DNA of 64,000 nt, taken from NCBI GenBank assembly GCA_963706325.1, contig CAVPLT010000007.1, forward strand, positions 704,001 to 768,000, given 5' to 3'. Shown piece after piece: positions 59,787 to 64,000 of this stretch. The stretch is from an uncultured Nitrospiraceae bacterium. GTDB taxonomy: Bacteria; Nitrospirota; Nitrospiria; Nitrospirales; Nitrospiraceae. The notes beneath the pieces were generated by a model. It was not told the DNA's origin. It was given only the letters and a program-made list of their open reading frames with translations, and did no database searches. A program made the translations under genes and the position numbers. Numbering within the stretch: the stretch's first letter is position 1; each line of letters opens with the position of its first letter.

Positions 59787-61784
59787 ATGTCCTCTTTCAA
59801 ACTCGAAGCTCCCTTCAAACCCTGTGGTGACCAGGGCCAAGCCATTGAGAAGCTGACATCGGGGATCCTGGCTGGGAAACAGCATCAGGTCCTGCTGGGC
59901 GTCACAGGTTCCGGCAAAACCTTTACCATGGCGAATGTTATCGAACGCGTACAGAAAACGACACTCGTCCTCGCGCACAACAAGACCTTGGCGGGTCAGC
60001 TCTATCAGGAATTCAAACAGTTTTTTCCTCACAATGCTGTTGAATATTTCATCAGTTACTATGACTACTATCAGCCGGAAGCCTATATTCCACAGAGCGA
60101 TACGTACATTGCGAAGGATGCGTCGATCAACGATGCGATCGACCAGATGCGCCATGCGGCGACCACATCGCTGCTGCAGCGCAATGATGTGCTGATCGTG
60201 TCGTCGGTTTCATGCATCTATGGTCTCGGCTCGCCGGAGGTCTACCATGACATGTTGGTCTATCTTGAAGAGGGTATGGAGACGCGGCGTGAAAAAATCC
60301 TGGCGAAATTGGTTGATATTCAATATGCGCGCAATGACTTGGATTTCCACCGCGGGACGTTTCGCGCACGGGGCGATGTCATCGAGATTTTTCCGGCTTC
60401 CTCGGAAGCGAAGTCGGTGCGCATCGAACTTTTTGGCGATGTCGTGGATGCGATTCATGAAATCGATCCACTCACCGGTAAATCATTGGGCAAGTTGCCG
60501 AAGATCGCCATTTATCCGAATACGCACTACCTGATCGCGCCCGATCGCTATGAACGCGCAATCACGGGAATCGAAGAAGAATTGGATGCGCGAGTGGCGG
60601 CATTCAGAAAGAACGGCCAATTGCTTGAAGCGCAGCGGATCGAGCAACGGACCAAGTTCGATCTCGAAATGATTCGCGCCATGGGCTATTGCCACGGGAT
60701 CGAAAATTATTCGCGCCACCTAAGCGGGCGCGCACCGGGAGATCCTCCCCCCACGCTGCTGGATTATTTCCCCAAGGACTTCTTGTTGATCATCGACGAG
60801 TCGCACGCGACAGTGCCGCAGGTCGGCGGCATGTATGAAGGCGACTTTTCGCGAAAACGGACGCTCGTGGACTACGGATTCCGATTGCCGTCCGCTGTCG
60901 ATAATCGCCCCTTGAAGTTTGCTGAATTCGAACGGATGCTGAAGCAGGTGATCTATGTATCGGCCACACCGGGTCCCTATGAATTGAAGCATGGCAAGGG
61001 GGAGGTGATCGAGCAGATCATTCGCCCGACCGGCCTGATGGATCCCCTCATCGATGTGCGGGCGGCGAAGGGGCAGGTGGATAACTTGCTGGCTGAAGTA
61101 CACGCGGAAGCGGCGAAGGGAAATCGCGTTCTAGTCACTACCCTGACCAAGCGCATGGCCGAAGACCTCACGGAGTATTATCACGATCTCGGCGTGAAGG
61201 TGCGCTATCTGCATTCGGACATTAAGACGCTGGAGCGGGCGGAGATTATTCGCGATCTACGGCGGGGCCTGTTTGATGTGTTGGTCGGGATCAACCTGCT
61301 GCGGGAGGGTCTCGATTTGCCCGAAGTCAGTTTGGTGGCGATTCTCGACGCGGATAAGGAAGGCTTTCTCCGGTCGCATCGATCCCTGATTCAAACTGCC
61401 GGGCGCGCGGCGCGAAACCTCGATGGGCGCGTGATTTTTTATGGCGATACGGTGACCGATTCGATGCGGAGCGCCATTGAGGAAACCGGGCGTCGGCGAC
61501 ATATCCAAGAGGCCTACAATACCGCTCACGGGATTACACCGGAAAGCATCAAAAAAAGTATCCCCGCGCTGGAATATGCAGCTGCCGAGATGGATTACGT
61601 TCAACTGGACATGGCGGCTGAAGCGGCCGCCCCCTATAATACCGGCGAGGATGTCGCGCAGGTGGTACAGCGGTTGGAGGTGGAGATGAAGGCGGCCGCG
61701 AAGAAGTTAGAGTTTGAGCGGGCAGCCGAACTGCGGAATCGAATCAGAGCGCTGAAGCTGAAGGTATTAGAATTGGCACCATAG
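59787..61784 (+). CDS. uvrB: Excinuclease ABC subunit B
   Basis: [37 protein letters not shown]-terminal UVR domain. Confidence 0.97.
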   Translation: MSSFKLEAPFKPCGDQGQAIEKLTSGILAGKQHQVLLGVTGSGKTFTMANVIERVQKTTLVLAHNKTLAGQLYQEFKQFFPHNAVEYFISYYDYYQPEAYIPQSDTYIAKDASINDAIDQMRHAATTSLLQRNDVLIVSSVSCIYGLGSPEVYHDMLVYLEEGMETRREKILAKLVDIQYARNDLDFHRGTFRARGDVIEIFPASSEAKSVRIELFGDVVDAIHEIDPLTGKSLGKLPKIAIYPNTHYLIAPDRYERAITGIEEELDARVAAFRKNGQLLEAQRIEQRTKFDLEMIRAMGYCHGIENYSRHLSGRAPGDPPPTLLDYFPKDFLLIIDESHATVPQVGGMYEGDFSRKRTLVDYGFRLPSAVDNRPLKFAEFERMLKQVIYVSATPGPYELKHGKGEVIEQIIRPTGLMDPLIDVRAAKGQVDNLLAEVHAEAAKGNRVLVTTLTKRMAEDLTEYYHDLGVKVRYLHSDIKTLERAEIIRDLRRGLFDVLVGINLLREGLDLPEVSLVAILDADKEGFLRSHRSLIQTAGRAARNLDGRVIFYGDTVTDSMRSAIEETGRRRHIQEAYNTAHGITPESIKKSIPALEYAAAEMDYVQLDMAAEAAAPYNTGEDVAQVVQRLEVEMKAAAKKLEFERAAELRNRIRALKLKVLELAP

Positions 61785-61814
61785 GGCCGTGGGCGAGCGA
61801 GAGTGAGTCTCACC

Positions 61815-62075
61815 TTACATCTGCTTATAGAGATAGGCGCCGAGTAACATTCCCAGCACGCTGAGCAGGCTGACTTTAATGCTGAAGCCGAAGGTCAGTT
61901 TGAGAAGGACAAGGTCAATGGTCAGCGGAGGGTTGATTCCAGGCGAAAAATTACTGGCAAAGATGTTTTGAATGGTGCCGTTCGGGGCCATTACCCGAAG
62001 AATTTCTCCGAAAATCCCGCCCAGCATGCCCCCGATCAGGATAAAGATCAGCAGCACACCGATCGATTTTCTCAT
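61815..62075 (-). CDS. DUF4321-like small membrane protein
   Basis: ILIGGMLGGIFGEIL...IDLVLLKLTFGFSIKVSLLSVLG; SD GAGGAG. Confidence 0.75.
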   Translation of the reverse strand: MRKSIGVLLIFILIGGMLGGIFGEILRVMAPNGTIQNIFASNFSPGINPPLTIDLVLLKLTFGFSIKVSLLSVLGMLLGAYLYKQM

Positions 62076-62469
62076 CCGATGTCTCTCCTCGTTTGCGGCA
62101 GCCGACGCATACGCGCCGCCGGGCACCATATCGGAAGCACAAAATGATGTCAACAAAATGCATGCCAGTCGCTGTCATCCTTATCTGTTAGGAATAACTA
62201 GGTCCTGCAGCATGTGTGTCGGCACGGAGGGCATTGGCGCGGGTGTGTGAAGCGAAAGAACTCCGTGTCTATCTCGATGAGTGAGTTCATCGGCTGCTGA
62301 GAGAGATTACTGCGCAAACGCGGTCCAGCTCACCGTCTGAACTCTGAATATCTTGACTTCATACCACCCCGTTCTATAGACTGCCCGATGCTATATTTTT
62401 TTAGACTTTTCGAGGCGATCGGAGATCTGGCTCGAACCTGACTTCGATGGCCTTTTTCTTTGGTGACTT

Positions 62470-63816
62470 GTGCTTGACGCGCTGAGCGAAAAATTCGAAC
62501 GGATTCTCAAGAAACTTCGCGGGCAAGGTGTGCTCACGGAGGAAAATATCGCTGAGGCCCTGAAGGAAGTGCGTTTGGCGCTCCTCGAGGCCGACGTGAA
62601 CTTCAAAGTCGTCAAAGAGTTCCTGGATCGCGTTCGCGAGAAGGCGGTCGGGCAGGACGTGCTGAAAAGTCTGACTCCCGGCCATCAGGTCGTCAAAGTC
62701 GTCTGGGACGAGCTACGCGGCATGATGGGCGGTGAACGGTCGGGAATCAGTCTCGCCTCCAGGCCGCCGACGATTGTCATGATGGTGGGATTGCAGGGTG
62801 CGGGGAAAACGACCACATCGGGCAAATTGGCCCGCTTATTCAAGAGCCAAGGGAAACGCGTGTTGCTCGTGGCAGCCGATCCGCGTCGGCCTGCGGCCGG
62901 TGACCAGCTCGCGAGTCTCGGGCAGGATCTGGGGATCGAAGTCCATCGGTTTGACCAAGCTGATGCCTCCCGCGCCGATGTGGTGCGTATTTGTGAGCGC
63001 GGAGTGCAGCGCGGCCAAGAACAGGGCTACGACATCATCCTACTGGATACCGGCGGCCGGCTGCATGTCGACGAAGAATTGATGGCTGAACTCGTGGCGG
63101 TCAAGCAAGCCGTGAATCCCCATGAGGTGCTCCTGGTTGCCGATGCCATGACCGGCCAGGACGCGGTCAATATGGCTGGCCAGTTCGACCAGAAGGTAGG
63201 CCTCACGGGCATCATTCTGACAAAAGTCGAGGGCGATGCGCGCGGCGGGGCGGTGCTCTCGATCAGAGCCGTCACCGGGAAACCCATCAAGTTTCTCGGC
63301 ATGGGAGAGAAACTCGATGCGCTGGAACCGTTCCATCCGGACCGGATGGCATCGCGGATCCTCGGCATGGGCGATGTCCTTTCGTTGATCGAAAAGGCCC
63401 AGGAAACATTTTCTCGGGAAGAGGCCGAAGCCGCTCAAAAGAAACTGACCAGCAATACGTTCACGCTGGAAGATTTTCGGTCTCAACTTGGGCAGATGAA
63501 TCGGTTGGGTTCGTTCGAGCAAATTCTGGGGATGCTACCTGGCGGGCAGAAGTTAAAAGATCTGGCGAACAATGGCTTGCCGGAAAAGGAAATGAAGCGA
63601 GTCGCAGCCATGATCGATTCCATGACCACGCGTGAGCGGCGCGATCATACGGTGATCAATGGCAGCCGGAAGAAGCGGATTGCGCGCGGCAGCGGGACGA
63701 GCGTCCAAGAGGTCAACCGTCTGATCAAGCAGTTTTTGCAGGCCAGAAAGATTGCCAAGGTGATGTCGGGATCCGGCGGCCGCCGGCAGTTAGCGCAAAT
63801 GTTTCGCGGAATGTGA
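62470..63816 (+). CDS. ffh: Signal recognition particle protein
   Basis: ALLEADVN, GLQGAGKTT, DTGGR, TKVEGDARGG, M domain SRKKRIARGSG. Confidence 0.97.
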   Translation: MLDALSEKFERILKKLRGQGVLTEENIAEALKEVRLALLEADVNFKVVKEFLDRVREKAVGQDVLKSLTPGHQVVKVVWDELRGMMGGERSGISLASRPPTIVMMVGLQGAGKTTTSGKLARLFKSQGKRVLLVAADPRRPAAGDQLASLGQDLGIEVHRFDQADASRADVVRICERGVQRGQEQGYDIILLDTGGRLHVDEELMAELVAVKQAVNPHEVLLVADAMTGQDAVNMAGQFDQKVGLTGIILTKVEGDARGGAVLSIRAVTGKPIKFLGMGEKLDALEPFHPDRMASRILGMGDVLSLIEKAQETFSREEAEAAQKKLTSNTFTLEDFRSQLGQMNRLGSFEQILGMLPGGQKLKDLANNGLPEKEMKRVAAMIDSMTTRERRDHTVINGSRKKRIARGSGTSVQEVNRLIKQFLQARKIAKVMSGSGGRRQLAQMFRGM

Positions 63817-63915
63817 AGAGCAAAGCGAGTGTGTGCACGATGCAACATTAAATGGGAAGTAGGCAATAACCGAGCGCATAGGGCGCATTGAGCACATTGA
63901 TCAAGGGAGGTTCTG

Positions 63916-64000
63916 ATGGCGGTTCATTTACGATTGGCACGGACGGGGCGACATAAGCGGCCGATGTATCGGGTCATCGCGGCGGATTCGCGAAAACCGC
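63916..64000 (+). CDS. rpsP: 30S ribosomal protein S16, 5' part (runs off window)
   Basis: MAVHLRLARTGRHKRPMYRVIAADSRKP; SD GGAGG; conserved ffh-rpsP order. Confidence 0.93.
   Translation, partial: MAVHLRLARTGRHKRPMYRVIAADSRKP

Overview
Chromosomal window from a Nitrospira-like nitrite oxidizer, judged from the TAT-exported Nitrospira-type nxrA/nxrB. Left to right it contains: the end of an EmrAB-TolC-type efflux operon; a GAF/sigma-54 activator followed by nxrA (broken by two +1 frameshifts) and nxrB; and an accessory region with an output-less CHASE3 sensor, a 33-aa membrane peptide, a DUF3015 remnant, an orphan modA, an RND efflux operon whose permease is split, lone receiver proteins, an SPFH protein and duplicated small hypothetical genes. 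Next come pepF, an HDAC-like/pentaheme cytochrome/rhodanese/SmbP/nitrilase/AlgH run, uvrA, an arylamine N-acetyltransferase, a decayed RNase Z-like gene, TolC, a GT4-MFS-BON-MFS-glycoside hydrolase operon, an M28 peptidase, RRM + DEAD-box genes, an XRE-type LexA-like repressor-imuB-dnaE2 cassette divergent from uvrB, ffh and the start of rpsP. Three non-coding signals stand out. (i) A 29-bp motif (GNGCG-N4-YGCAC-N4-CGCAC-N-GTGCG) recurs in four intergenic regions, each upstream of a sigma-54 -24/-12 element, which suggests a local regulon. (ii) A different tandem palindrome (CCACG-N6-CGTGG x2) lies upstream of the nxrA sigma-54 promoter. (iii) A perfect palindrome ATGTAACG-N3-CGTTACAT covers the promoter and start codon of the LexA-like repressor. 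No rRNA, tRNA, CRISPR array or transposase was recognised. All calls come from reading the sequence by eye; no searches were run.
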